From NCBI GenBank assembly GCA_977020255.1, contig CDROCS010006636.1, forward strand, positions 1 through 64,000: a DNA stretch of 64,000 bases. The letters are read 5' to 3'. Numbering within the stretch: the stretch's first letter is position 1; the number at the start of each line of letters is the position of its first letter. The notes below the pieces were generated by a model, which saw only the letters and a program-made list of their open reading frames with translations, was not told the DNA's origin and made no database searches. This document shows, one piece after another, positions 51,022 through 61,925 of this stretch. A program made the translations under genes and the position numbers. The DNA is from Obrimoposthia wandeli. Lineage: Eukaryota.

Positions 51022-52173
51022 CTATTCTGCTTCAGCTAAATACCAATAACCTTGGTTCAACAACTCTGTCGCTAACTCAACAAAAGCTGCATTATGACTC
51101 CAGTCACTAAGATCATCAGGTAACAACATCACTTTGTCACAAAGTAGTTTAACACCATTAGCAATTTCAGCTGAGAAAGCCAATTCACTTCCATTGATGT
51201 AACACAAACCCTGTTCAACAGTATCTTCAAAGTAAAAAGCACGTAAGCCGCCTAATCGTTTAATAGCATGGCTATTGAGGAGATTGCTCACTTCTGAAAG
51301 TTCAAACGGCTCATCTGGTATTAAAATATCGAGTTCGTGTTTCGCCGCAGTTAAAAACTGGCCAGTGAATTTTTTAAAGCTCGTTTCATCATCAAGTAAA
51401 TTTTGAACTTGCGACTTAATACTCGCATAATCGTTATTACTCACTTCACCACTGTTGCTAACAACCTGTCTGTTAGGATCTTCAAGTAACTGACCGCCTT
51501 GTTCGCTATCAATTAAATGATCGGCAAAAGCGCTTAATAAACTTACCGCGGAGTTGGCTCTAAAACCAATAGAGAAACTCATCGACGTTTCAAGGGTAAT
51601 ACCTTCATGTGGAAAGCCTGGTGGAATATAAACGATATCTCCGGCTTCAAGCTCTTCATCAATAATGGCATCAAAAGGTTCTACGTGTAATAAGGCTTCA
51701 TGGGCAGCAAATTGTACGTGCTCTCCACGCGATCCTACGCGCCAGCGACGTTTACCTGAGCCTTGGCAAATAAATACATCATAGTTATCAATATGGGGGC
51801 CTACGCTGCCACCTGGTGTCGCAAAACTAGCCATTAAATCATCTAAACGCCAGTGCGGGATAAAACGAAATGCTTCAATCATTTCTGCCGCTTCTTCAGA
51901 GAAGTTATCAAGGGCTTGAACCACTAAAGACCAGTTCTCATTACCTAAATGTTCATAGCTTTCAAATGGACCAAAAGCAGCTTGCCATTGCCCATCTTTT
52001 TTATGAACCAAACGAGACTCTATTTGCTCTTCCATCGCAAGGCCAGCGACTTCATCAGCAGCAATAGGGTCAACAAAGTTTTTAAACCCTCCACGTATTA
52101 CTACAGGTTTCTTTTGCCAGTATTCGTCTAAGAATTCTTGCTGAGTCATTTGGTTCAAGTTTAAGGTATACAT
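51022..52173 (-). CDS. roxA: JmjC/cupin ribosomal protein uL16 arginine hydroxylase
   Basis: YWQKKP, WRLDDLM, GGSVGPHIDNYDVF, LEAGDIVYIPPGFPHEG. Confidence 0.9.
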   Translation of the reverse strand: MYTLNLNQMTQQEFLDEYWQKKPVVIRGGFKNFVDPIAADEVAGLAMEEQIESRLVHKKDGQWQAAFGPFESYEHLGNENWSLVVQALDNFSEEAAEMIEAFRFIPHWRLDDLMASFATPGGSVGPHIDNYDVFICQGSGKRRWRVGSRGEHVQFAAHEALLHVEPFDAIIDEELEAGDIVYIPPGFPHEGITLETSMSFSIGFRANSAVSLLSAFADHLIDSEQGGQLLEDPNRQVVSNSGEVSNNDYASIKSQVQNLLDDETSFKKFTGQFLTAAKHELDILIPDEPFELSEVSNLLNSHAIKRLGGLRAFYFEDTVEQGLCYINGSELAFSAEIANGVKLLCDKVMLLPDDLSDWSHNAAFVELATELLNQGYWYLAEAE

Positions 52174-52213
52174 AGTGCTCTCATTTAATTTATTTCAATT
52201 AGTACAATTGGTA

Positions 52214-53095
52214 TTAAGCCACGGACATGCCTGCAATTTTATGCCAAAAGCCATTACATTCGCTGATACCATCGAGCTCTTTCCTCGTTGGGTTAACGAG
52301 TTGTTCTCTAAAGTTGTCAAGTTGGGTAAAAGCAGCGGTACTATCTGCACTAATTCGGGCAATATCCACCCCCATTGCATCAAGGGCTGGCATTTCATTG
52401 ATGAGATTATACTGGTAACCCGACAAAGTTTGAATACCATTGAGCACAAATACTCGTTCTCCTTCGCGACTATTCATTCGACGACCTTCTGGGTACTTAA
52501 TACAACAGTACTCACAATCATCTTTTGCTTTATCTTCTGAGCGTGCAGTAAAGCAACGGGCAGAATAGGCTAGCGGTAGGTATCCCCACGAAAAAACTTC
52601 ACATTCGAACTGCTGACGAATACCTGCTTCAGTCGCTTGATCTAATAATATTTTCAACCAATCGCCACTGAGTTCAACTGGCATCAACCAACGCGTCATA
52701 CCCTGTTTTAATAAAACTTTGAGAGTTGATAAGTTATAACAATTAATCGCAGGGCCAGCGACAAAAGGCATTTTCAGCTCATGCATAATTTGCACTGCGC
52801 TTAAATCGTTGGCTTCTACCAGAAATTCACCATTATCACACAAGCGCTTTAACACTTGTATTTCAGCAGGAGATTCGAGTAAGGTCATCGTAGAAACAAC
52901 CACTTGTTTCTTGGTGTCTTTGGCAACGTCTTGCGCTAAACCCAGCCAATCTTTAGCGCGAAGTTCACGTCTTTTTGAACAAACCGTTTCGCCCAAATAA
53001 ATAATATCAGCACTCGATTCTTTCGCTTGTTGGTAGAAGTCTACCACCTCGTTTTTCGGCCAAAAGAATAGACTAGGTCCTAAAGAGAATTTCAT
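52214..53095 (-). CDS. ubiV: U32 family O2-independent ubiquinone hydroxylase subunit
   Basis: IIYLGETVCSKRR, LPLAYSARCFTAR...C..CC. Confidence 0.93.
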   Translation of the reverse strand: MKFSLGPSLFFWPKNEVVDFYQQAKESSADIIYLGETVCSKRRELRAKDWLGLAQDVAKDTKKQVVVSTMTLLESPAEIQVLKRLCDNGEFLVEANDLSAVQIMHELKMPFVAGPAINCYNLSTLKVLLKQGMTRWLMPVELSGDWLKILLDQATEAGIRQQFECEVFSWGYLPLAYSARCFTARSEDKAKDDCEYCCIKYPEGRRMNSREGERVFVLNGIQTLSGYQYNLINEMPALDAMGVDIARISADSTAAFTQLDNFREQLVNPTRKELDGISECNGFWHKIAGMSVA

Positions 53096-53319
53096 GATTT
53101 TTCCTAAATTTTATTGCTATCGCTAATTTTATAGTTATTCAGCGTTAAGCTGTATGTTTCAATTCAAAGGACAAAGCACGGAGTTGACGTTAGTCATTGC
53201 TCCTTACATCCAGTACTTCGCCTTACAGGTCATACTTCGGTGTTTAAATTATTTCCCGAAGAATGTGTGAGTACTTATGACAAATAAATTGGACAATACA
53301 GCGACAGAATAAGTGACGA

Positions 53320-54315
53320 TTACTGCCACTTTCGGTGATATGCACCTAACGTGGTTTGTGAGCCTTCAGATAAATTGGCTAAGGTATTCATCCAAGCACC
53401 TTCAACGGCAAAATTTTCTGGATTCTGCTGATATCTGTCTAATGCCATTCGCCAAGTTTTAGCCACTTGTTCAACATAAGCAGGGCTACGTTGTCTGCCT
53501 TCAATTTTTACCGATACTATCCCCATAGCAATTAAGTCAGGGATAAGCTCTAAGGTATTAAGGCTGGTAGGCTCTTCTAGGGCATGATAAACATTATTAT
53601 CAACTTCAAAGCGACCTTTACATAATGTCGGATAACCCGCATTTTCATCTTCTTGGTAACGATCGATAAGTACACCATTTAAGCGAGACTCTAAGCCTTT
53701 ATCTGTTTCTTGCCAGCGAACATATTTCGCCGGTGAGCACGCGCCTACGGTATTAGGAGACTCTCCCGTCATATAAGAAGATAAGTAACAGCGCCCTTCT
53801 GCCATTATACATAGGCTACCAAAAGCAAAGACTTCTAGCGGTACAGGACTGCTTTTAGCTAACTGTCTAACTTGTTGTACAGACAAAACTCGTGGCAGCA
53901 CTACTCGCTGAACATCAAAGTTATTTTTAAAGAATTTGATCGCTTCCAAATTCGTTGTTGAGGCTTGTACTGACACATGACGCTCAACATCAGGATATTT
54001 TGTAGCGGCGTAATCTAGTACACCTAAATCTGCGATAATTAAAGCATCTGTACCTATAGCAACAGCGTTATCAACGGCCTTTTGCCAACGTTCTTCACCA
54101 CCAGCATGCGCAAAGGTATTAATGGCTACATGCAGTTTTTTACCCCGTTGATGCACGTAATCTGCAGCTTTGGCCAACTTACCATCATTAAAGTTAAGAC
54201 CTGCAAAGTGGCGGGCATTGGTATCATCTTTTAAACCGATATAAACCGCATCGGCGCCATTATCTATAGCTGTTTTTAGTGCGGGTAAATTTCCAGCAGG
54301 ACAAAGTAACTCCAC
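53320..54315 (-). CDS. ubiU: U32 family O2-independent ubiquinone hydroxylase subunit
   Basis: MELLCPAG, GSLCIMAEGRCYLSSY, GACSP, KIEGRQRSP. Confidence 0.95.
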   Translation of the reverse strand: MELLCPAGNLPALKTAIDNGADAVYIGLKDDTNARHFAGLNFNDGKLAKAADYVHQRGKKLHVAINTFAHAGGEERWQKAVDNAVAIGTDALIIADLGVLDYAATKYPDVERHVSVQASTTNLEAIKFFKNNFDVQRVVLPRVLSVQQVRQLAKSSPVPLEVFAFGSLCIMAEGRCYLSSYMTGESPNTVGACSPAKYVRWQETDKGLESRLNGVLIDRYQEDENAGYPTLCKGRFEVDNNVYHALEEPTSLNTLELIPDLIAMGIVSVKIEGRQRSPAYVEQVAKTWRMALDRYQQNPENFAVEGAWMNTLANLSEGSQTTLGAYHRKWQ

Positions 54316-54388
54316 ATCAACTCCAAATTGTCATTGTTATTAGAAATAAAAATTTTCAGCAGTGTATGTTGTTCATCATTCTTATTTA

Positions 54389-54402
54389 TTGATGTGTATT
54401 AA
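54389..54402. promoter_or_regulatory. FNR-like box between divergent ubiU and ubiT
   Basis: TTGAT-GTGT-ATTAA (1 mismatch to TTGAT-N4-ATCAA); weaker TTGATCTGCAATAT at 54410. Confidence 0.65.
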
Positions 54403-54487
54403 AGAAAACTTGATCTGCAATATTAATTTATTTTTAAGCCTTGCTAGAATGTTCGCCAATCAATAAGCAGCATCAGAGTAAATAGAA

Positions 54488-55084
54488 GTGCTAAAAGTCC
54501 CTACGGTATTACCCCTTACGCAATCGATAACGGCAAGTCTAATTCCCTCTTTATCGTTAGTTGAAAAAAAAATTCCTTTACGATTAAAGGAAAAATTAAT
54601 TAAAGTAATGCCAAAGGTTTTGCAGCCAAGTTTGCGCTTTGTGCCTTTTAGTGCGCAAAGGTCTTTGCTTATTCCAGCACTACATTCTATTTTTAGTGAA
54701 GCAATTACAGACGGTGACTTTGAGTTTTTACAAGGTAAATGGCTAAAGATTTCTATCATCGATTTACAACTCAATTGGTGGTTAAGCTTTGATCAAGACC
54801 AATTAATCATGGCATCGCCCAAAGATAATATTGCTGAAGATGTAAGTTTTAGTGCTAACGGTGATGACTTGGTGCTCATTGCAGGTCGCAAACAAGATCC
54901 TGATACCTTATTTTTCCAACGTCGATTGAAAATTGAAGGCGATACTGAATTAGGGTTAGAAGTAAAAAACTTAATTGATGCCATTGATATTGAGCAATTA
55001 CCGAGTTCTATTCATGATTTAGTAGACTTTAGTGCCAGCTTTTTACAAAATACCCATGATGAACTTGCTTTAGTACAGGGTTAA
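54488..55084 (+). CDS. ubiT: SCP2-domain ubiquinone biosynthesis accessory factor
   Basis: FEFLQGKWL, RKQDPDTLFFQRRLKIEGDTELGLEVKNLID. Confidence 0.93.
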   Translation: MLKVPTVLPLTQSITASLIPSLSLVEKKIPLRLKEKLIKVMPKVLQPSLRFVPFSAQRSLLIPALHSIFSEAITDGDFEFLQGKWLKISIIDLQLNWWLSFDQDQLIMASPKDNIAEDVSFSANGDDLVLIAGRKQDPDTLFFQRRLKIEGDTELGLEVKNLIDAIDIEQLPSSIHDLVDFSASFLQNTHDELALVQG

Positions 55085-55487
55085 AAAACACCTATAAAAA
55101 TAGCCGAACCACTCTAAATTAATCACTTGATTTAACCAAGTAACATACGCTCACTTGTCAACTTCACTGACAAAGTGGCGGGTGATTATTACTCTGCGCG
55201 ATAACCTACTCCGACATACCTGCTAATCAACACTTAGCTTCCTTAGCACTATTGGAAGCCACGGAAGCCTTTTTATTTCCGTATTGGTCATTGAAACAGC
55301 TTTTTATTATTTTAAACGGATATTTGATAGAATAGAAACTATAGTTTACAGTAACTTTTCGTAATAACTCGTCACGGTTATCATCGCTATAGAATAAAAA
55401 ACACAGTACTAGCATTAATTCGTAAGGGATATATCGGATTGAATTATTAGGCTGTGTAAATGCTGTAATTAAAGGTTAGTAGTCTTA

Positions 55488-58400
55488 ATGAATTTATCCC
55501 AATGTGAAATAAAGAACATCCTCTATTCTTACGAAGATACTGTGGTTGCACGTGTTATCCCTAACAATGCTGAGTTTGCTAATACAACCTCTGAAAAGCC
55601 AACCGTTATTATTAAATACCAAAATACCGATTACCCTTCAACAGAATTAGACTCTCGTTGGAAAAATGAATACAGAATTTTACGTGCTATTGACTCAAAA
55701 TGGGTGATTAAAGCACACGCTTTAAAGCGACATAAGAACAGTCACATATTGGTACTAGAAGATTTTTCATCAACTACGTTAAGTGATCTCATAACGACAA
55801 ACGAACTAACTTTTAGTCAACGTTTACATATAGCTTGCCAGTTAATCTCCGCCTTAGCTGACGTGCATCGTTTACAATTAATCCATAGAGATATTAACCC
55901 AAGTAATATTTTAATAGACCCTGCGACACTGCAATTAAAATTGTGCGATTTTGCTTTAGCTACACGACTTAGTCATAAACAAATAAAATTACTTAATCAT
56001 GACCTGTGGGGGAGATTTGAATATATTTCACCTGAACAAACAGGGCGTACTAGTATCAAGGTAGATTATCGCAGTGATTTTTATTCGCTAGGCGTCACTC
56101 TATATGAACTTTTCAGCGGGCGATTACCCTTTACTTCACAAAATGCGATGACCTTATTGCACTCCCACATTGCTCGTACGCCCGAGTCTTTAGCCGATAT
56201 AAAACAAGGTATTCCAGCGGTAGTTTCAGCGATTGTCACGAAACTCATGGATAAATCGCCCGAGAACCGTTACCAGAGTACTTATGGCCTACAAGCTGAT
56301 TTAGATAAATGCTTCGAGCAATGGAACAAGAACAACACTATTGAAAATTTCATTTTAGCCGAATCTGATGTATCTCTTCATTTCAATGTATCGAATAAAC
56401 TTTATGGCCGAGAAAGTGAACTTGCTACTATTTTAGAAGCATATCAACGTGCCTGCACAGGGCATACCGAGTTAGCTATGGTTAGCGGCTATTCTGGTGT
56501 GGGTAAATCAGCATTAGTGCATGAATTGCAAAAAAACATTATTGCCACTGATGGGTTATTTATCACAGGTAAATGTGATCAATACAACCGTGGGCAGCCT
56601 TTTTTAGTCTTAATTGAAGCGCTACAACAGTTACTACAACATCTGTTAAGTGAAAGTAGTGAAAAACTCAGCCAATGGCGAACTAAGTTGCAAGTAGCCC
56701 TTGGTAACAATGCTGCCATTATCACTGAATTATTACCCGATTTAGCCTTAATCATTGGCGCTCCCCCCGCATTAACCTTATTACCACCTGCTGAAGCTGA
56801 GATGCGTCTGAATATGGTGTTTATTGATTTTGTGAGTGTGCTGTATTCTAAAGAGCAACCTCTGGTTATATTTCTTGATGACTTGCAGTGGGTTGATATG
56901 CCGACATTGACTCTATTACAACAGCAAGTTAACGATAGTAATAAAAATGGTTTATATGTTATTGGTGCCTATCGCGATAACGAAGTGGATGAAGCACATC
57001 CCCTTGCGATTGCCTTACAGAAGATAGAACAGGCAAACGCATTAACAAAAATACATCTTCTCCCGCTAAAGCTAAGCCACGTTCAAGAATTACTGTGTAA
57101 TACACTACAGTGCGATTTTGATGATGTATTGACTTTGGCTGAGTTATGCTTGAAAAAAACACAGGGGAATCCCTTTTTCCTCAACCAATTTTTATTGGCG
57201 CTTTATCAAAAAGACACCATTAATTATAACCATATAAAAGGGTTGTGGCAGTGGCGTATTGAAGAAATAAACCAACATTCAATGACCGATAATGTTGTTG
57301 ATTTAATGATTGAGAAATTTACACTACTTAATAGTGAAACACAGTTACTTGCGTCTATAGCTGCACACCTTGGGCATAGTTTTAGCCTCCGCCAATTATC
57401 ATCGGCATGCAAATACGACACGATAACAACCGCAAAAACCTTATGGCCACTACTCGAGGCAGGTTTCATATTGCCGCAAGATGAGTACTATCAATTTATC
57501 GATGATGAAGCGAGCTTAAACCAATCACGCTATTACTTTTTACACGATAAAGTTCAACAAGCCGCTTACCAATTAACGCCTGAAGCAGGTCGCGAACAAT
57601 TGTTGCTGCATATAGGAATAAATTGGCTAGAAAACATAACAGAAGAAGAGTTAGAACTTAACCTTTTTACACTTCTACGTGTGCTTAATGGCGCCATCAA
57701 TATCATAGAAAATAATGATGAATTAAAACAGATCGTCACCTTAAATTTGAGAGCTGGATTAAAAAGCAAAGATGCCGCAACTTATAATGCCGCGGCCAAT
57801 TATCTACGAATGGCTAAAGAACACTTAACGGTTGATGCATGGGAAGATGATCCACAGCAAACCTTAGCCGTATATAAAGGGCTAATAGAAACAGAATTTT
57901 TAGCAGGAAACATTGATACCGCAAGAGTTTTATACCTTAATAGTGTTGATAATGCTCCTACAATTAAAGGAAAAGTAGCCCTAATTTTAGTTCAAGCAGA
58001 GCAATTTCAATCACGAGGCAGTTTTCCTGATGCCATTGAAATATTGATGGGTGGCCTAGCCCTTTTAAATGTTGATTTCCCAGCAAACGAAAATGAAGCC
58101 GAACAAAAAGTAGTTGCAACTTTTACCACGACGCAAGAGTTACGTAATCAATATACTGACGAGCAATTATTAGCCGCAGAAAAGATGACTGATGAGCATT
58201 GTTTACTGAGAATGGAAATACATAATGCTTTAGCTTCCGCTTTTTACTTATCTGGCTGCGCCCGTTCATACGCGACTAACGCCTGTAATATGGTGCATTT
58301 AACCTTAGAATATGGCCAATGTGAACTTAGCTCAATTGGTTATGCTGCTTATGCCACAGCAATGTCTATGATGGGTGAAAAATACCCCGCTTGTTACCAA

Positions 58401-60599
58401 ATGAGTAAACTGGCAAAAAGTGTTTCAGACTTATGGGAAAGTAAATATCACCGCTCCACTATTTATCAATATTTTGCTTCAAGCTACCAACATTGGTGTG
58501 AACCTATCGAAAACAGCTATGTTTTTCAAGAACAGATTATAGCTTGGGGAGAAGAAGGTACTAATCTTATTTTCGCTGGTTATGGTGTTTTATTTAAAGC
58601 CTGTAACAAATTCATTAAAGGCGTACAGTTAGAAGAATTACAACAAGACATTGAACATGGCTTAGCTTTTTTAAATAAAAAACAACAACCAGCCACTGTA
58701 AATTTTGTTTTATTAGGTGCTTATCAATCGTTATTAGCCTTACAAGGTAAAACACTTACCCCACAATCATTGAACATAGAAGCATTAAACACAGAAACGT
58801 TTAACGTTGGACAATATTTTAATGATGATTTCCATACCCCATCCATGGATATGGCTTTTTATACCTTTGCAACTATCCGATATGCTTACCTTATGAATAA
58901 CAAAGCATTACAAGCGCAATGTATTAAAAATATTGATATTGTCTGCATGTTTTTACCTGACACTCCTGAAATGACAGAGAGCTTGTTTTATTTGGCATTA
59001 ATTTTACTGGATGACAATATAACTGATAAGAATATTACTGATAAGAATTCCAAAGATAATCTAAGCAAAGAAAACCTGATGAAAGCACAAGAAATTTGTG
59101 ACCAGTTTCAAACATGGTCGCTTCATAGTTCCGAAAACTATTCACATAAATACTTATTAATCGCCGCAGAGATAGCGCGAGTAAAAAAACAAGATACTCT
59201 AGCGACACAATTGTACGCTAAAGCACTTGATGCGGTTGAAATAGCCAATTTCAGTCATTGTGAAGCACTGATTAATGAACGTTACGCAAAATATTGGGCT
59301 GATGTAGGACAAAAACGTATCGCCGCAAATTTTATTAAAGATGCGCATTATCTTTATGCTCACTGGGGGGCTTCAGCAAAATGTACTCAGTTAGAAGAAC
59401 AGTGGCCGCAACAACGTTTCAATATAATCAGCGGTACTGTTCCATTTGGCGGCAGTTTACAAAGTTCAATACCAAACATAGTCACTGATCAAACTCAATC
59501 TATTGATTTACATTCACTGCTAAAAGCCAATCAGCTTTTATCTGAAGAAATTTATGTCAATTCATTATTAGAAAAGATGATGATAGTACTGATGGAAAAT
59601 GCAGGCGCTCAACATGGTGCAATTATAATTAATGAAGAAGAACAGTTGATAGTGGAGATAGTCGGTTCTATCAATGATTTTTCTGCCTGTATTGACAGCC
59701 AATTACATAACATCAACCTTGACAATGTTGATGCGGCAGAACAACCTTTATTACCTGATACCTTAATTCGTTATACGCAACAAACTATGAAAACGTTGCT
59801 CATAGATAACCCTAGTGAAGATCCTCGTTTTATTAATAATAGTTACTTACGGATAAATAATCCTAAATCGGTCTTATGTCTACCTATTACAGCCCAAGGT
59901 CGATTGATCGCTATCGTCTATTTGGAAAACAATCTCACAGAACACGCCTTTACTAAAAAGCATAAAGATACGGTTGAACTTATTTCAGCACAAGCGGCTG
60001 TTTCTTTAATTAACGCACGACATTATGAAACACTAGAAAAGAAAGTCGCGCAGCGTACAGAAGAATTACATTTATTAGCGATTAAAGACGGTCTTACCGG
60101 TATTTTTAATCGCCGTGAGTTTGATACCACCTTAGACAAAGAATGGAGTCGTGCTTCTAGAGAATTGGGCTCATTAACATTGATGATGATAGATATAGAT
60201 CACTTTAAAGACTATAACGATAATTACGGACACCCTGAAGGCGATTCATGTATAAAGTTAATTGCTCAAGCATTGAGTTCTGTAGTCGCACGTAAAAATG
60301 ACTTTGTCGCTCGTTATGGGGGTGAAGAGTTTGCCATTCTAATGACAACGTCAGATAAAAGTTCGATTGAACTTCTTGCACAACATTGTTTGAACAGGAT
60401 TAGGGATTTAGCTATTCCACATCAATTTTCAGACACTGCTGAACATGTCACCATTAGCATAGGTATTGCGACGATAAATGTATTACCTAAAGCTCATCCT
60501 GCTACATTAATAAAACAAGCAGATTCAGCTTTGTATCAATCAAAAGAAAAGGGTCGTGATCAATATACCTTTTCTTCCAAGCTATCAACGCTCGTTTAA
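55488..60599 (+). CDS. Ser/Thr kinase-like / AAA (STAND-type) ATPase / TPR-like / GAF / GGDEF diguanylate cyclase
   Basis: HRDINPSN, YISPEQTGR, DFYSLG; GYSGVGKS; FLDDLQW; GNPFF; GAF SVLCLPI; RKND I-site and GGEEF. Confidence 0.92.
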   Translation: MNLSQCEIKNILYSYEDTVVARVIPNNAEFANTTSEKPTVIIKYQNTDYPSTELDSRWKNEYRILRAIDSKWVIKAHALKRHKNSHILVLEDFSSTTLSDLITTNELTFSQRLHIACQLISALADVHRLQLIHRDINPSNILIDPATLQLKLCDFALATRLSHKQIKLLNHDLWGRFEYISPEQTGRTSIKVDYRSDFYSLGVTLYELFSGRLPFTSQNAMTLLHSHIARTPESLADIKQGIPAVVSAIVTKLMDKSPENRYQSTYGLQADLDKCFEQWNKNNTIENFILAESDVSLHFNVSNKLYGRESELATILEAYQRACTGHTELAMVSGYSGVGKSALVHELQKNIIATDGLFITGKCDQYNRGQPFLVLIEALQQLLQHLLSESSEKLSQWRTKLQVALGNNAAIITELLPDLALIIGAPPALTLLPPAEAEMRLNMVFIDFVSVLYSKEQPLVIFLDDLQWVDMPTLTLLQQQVNDSNKNGLYVIGAYRDNEVDEAHPLAIALQKIEQANALTKIHLLPLKLSHVQELLCNTLQCDFDDVLTLAELCLKKTQGNPFFLNQFLLALYQKDTINYNHIKGLWQWRIEEINQHSMTDNVVDLMIEKFTLLNSETQLLASIAAHLGHSFSLRQLSSACKYDTITTAKTLWPLLEAGFILPQDEYYQFIDDEASLNQSRYYFLHDKVQQAAYQLTPEAGREQLLLHIGINWLENITEEELELNLFTLLRVLNGAINIIENNDELKQIVTLNLRAGLKSKDAATYNAAANYLRMAKEHLTVDAWEDDPQQTLAVYKGLIETEFLAGNIDTARVLYLNSVDNAPTIKGKVALILVQAEQFQSRGSFPDAIEILMGGLALLNVDFPANENEAEQKVVATFTTTQELRNQYTDEQLLAAEKMTDEHCLLRMEIHNALASAFYLSGCARSYATNACNMVHLTLEYGQCELSSIGYAAYATAMSMMGEKYPACYQMSKLAKSVSDLWESKYHRSTIYQYFASSYQHWCEPIENSYVFQEQIIAWGEEGTNLIFAGYGVLFKACNKFIKGVQLEELQQDIEHGLAFLNKKQQPATVNFVLLGAYQSLLALQGKTLTPQSLNIEALNTETFNVGQYFNDDFHTPSMDMAFYTFATIRYAYLMNNKALQAQCIKNIDIVCMFLPDTPEMTESLFYLALILLDDNITDKNITDKNSKDNLSKENLMKAQEICDQFQTWSLHSSENYSHKYLLIAAEIARVKKQDTLATQLYAKALDAVEIANFSHCEALINERYAKYWADVGQKRIAANFIKDAHYLYAHWGASAKCTQLEEQWPQQRFNIISGTVPFGGSLQSSIPNIVTDQTQSIDLHSLLKANQLLSEEIYVNSLLEKMMIVLMENAGAQHGAIIINEEEQLIVEIVGSINDFSACIDSQLHNINLDNVDAAEQPLLPDTLIRYTQQTMKTLLIDNPSEDPRFINNSYLRINNPKSVLCLPITAQGRLIAIVYLENNLTEHAFTKKHKDTVELISAQAAVSLINARHYETLEKKVAQRTEELHLLAIKDGLTGIFNRREFDTTLDKEWSRASRELGSLTLMMIDIDHFKDYNDNYGHPEGDSCIKLIAQALSSVVARKNDFVARYGGEEFAILMTTSDKSSIELLAQHCLNRIRDLAIPHQFSDTAEHVTISIGIATINVLPKAHPATLIKQADSALYQSKEKGRDQYTFSSKLSTLV

Positions 60600-60788
60600 C
60601 TTTCTAGACAGAGTAAGATACTAGCGATATCAATGGTATGGTGGGTTGCTTTGATTATACAATTGTCATTATTTACTCATGTTAAATCCCATATGGGCCT
60701 CTTTTTATGATAAAAAGCATATAGGTTGGGGCCGTTTAATGGCCTAACAGAGATATTACATAGCCTACCTATTAAAAGACAAAGCAGG

Positions 60789-61637
60789 TTAAGCTAAGCT
60801 AGCGGCATAGGCTCTTGCTTTGGCTAAATCTTCTGGAGTATCAACACCCTCAACTGGTACATGGCTATTTGCTACTGCGACGTGAATTCTCTCTCCTTGA
60901 TATAAAACTCTTAGCTGCTCTAGCGCTTCAACTTGTTCTAACTCACTCGTTGGCCAATTGACATAATCTTTAATAAAGCCAGCACGATAAGCATAAATGC
61001 CGACATGTCTTAAGTAAAAATCACCTATCGCGCGAATGTTTTCTTCAGTATTAGCATCAGCAGTTAAAAAACGCTCTCTATCGTAAGGAATAGTTGCTCT
61101 GGAGAAATATAAAGCATAACCATCTTTATCAAGTATGACTTTAACCGCATTAGGATTAAAGGCTTCATCTACAGAATCAATGTTAATAGCCAGCGTCGAC
61201 ATCCGTGCTACACGACTATTTTGTTGCTGGTTAGCTAGGTTATTAGCTACTTGTGCAATATTCTCTGGCGGAATAAAAGGTTCATCACCTTGCACATTAA
61301 CAATGATTTCATCATCACTGAATTGGTATTGCTCCATGACCTCTGCAAGACGTTCAGTGCCTGATTGATGATCAGCGCGAGTTTTACACACTTCAGCGCC
61401 AAAACTACTAACCACGGCAGCCACTTCATCATTATCTGTCGCAACAATCACTTGGCGAGCACCACTCAATTGCGCTTTTTCAACAACCCATTGGATCATA
61501 GGTTTACCATTAATATCGGCTAATACCTTTCCGGGCAAACGTGATGATTGATATCTAGCGGGGATAACAACAACAAAGCTAGTATCGACATTGGCCTTAT
61601 CAATGACCGATGAACGAGAAGTATCACTAACAGCCAT
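60789..61637 (-). CDS. kdsB: 3-deoxy-manno-octulosonate cytidylyltransferase
   Basis: [33 protein letters not shown]. Confidence 0.97.
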   Translation of the reverse strand: MAVSDTSRSSVIDKANVDTSFVVVIPARYQSSRLPGKVLADINGKPMIQWVVEKAQLSGARQVIVATDNDEVAAVVSSFGAEVCKTRADHQSGTERLAEVMEQYQFSDDEIIVNVQGDEPFIPPENIAQVANNLANQQQNSRVARMSTLAINIDSVDEAFNPNAVKVILDKDGYALYFSRATIPYDRERFLTADANTEENIRAIGDFYLRHVGIYAYRAGFIKDYVNWPTSELEQVEALEQLRVLYQGERIHVAVANSHVPVEGVDTPEDLAKARAYAASLA

Positions 61638-61639
61638 GA

Positions 61640-61837
61640 TTAGCTATCCTGCTCAGTAGACTGGTTAGCATTAATTTCACGCGCTTCATTTTCGAGTAAT
61701 ACGGGTATGTCTTTTTCTATGCTATAAGCTAAACGATCAAAGTGACAAATAAGCTCTTGGGCTGCTTTATCATAATCTAACTTACCTTTACATACTGGGC
61801 AGGCAAGGATTTCCATTAATTTTGTATCAAAAGCCAT
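61640..61837 (-). CDS. ycaR: Trm112 family protein
   Basis: [10 protein letters not shown]...[10 protein letters not shown]. Confidence 0.93.
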   Translation of the reverse strand: MAFDTKLMEILACPVCKGKLDYDKAAQELICHFDRLAYSIEKDIPVLLENEAREINANQSTEQDS

Positions 61838-61925
61838 GTTAACTTCTCTCTGGTTAATATTTTAATAGATGAGCAATATTCTCATTTACTGAATGTACTA
61901 GTGAATGTATTGCCGCTTATATTGT

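Noticed and set aside
52175-52540. Plus-strand 121-aa ORF and other short antisense ORFs in mfd, galE, cysD and msbA
   Set aside because: Lie opposite or out of frame within well-supported core genes
53130-53280. Possible sRNA or riboswitch between ubiU and ubiV
   Set aside because: No known riboswitch consensus recognised; looks like a degraded intergenic repeat with no second copy in the window
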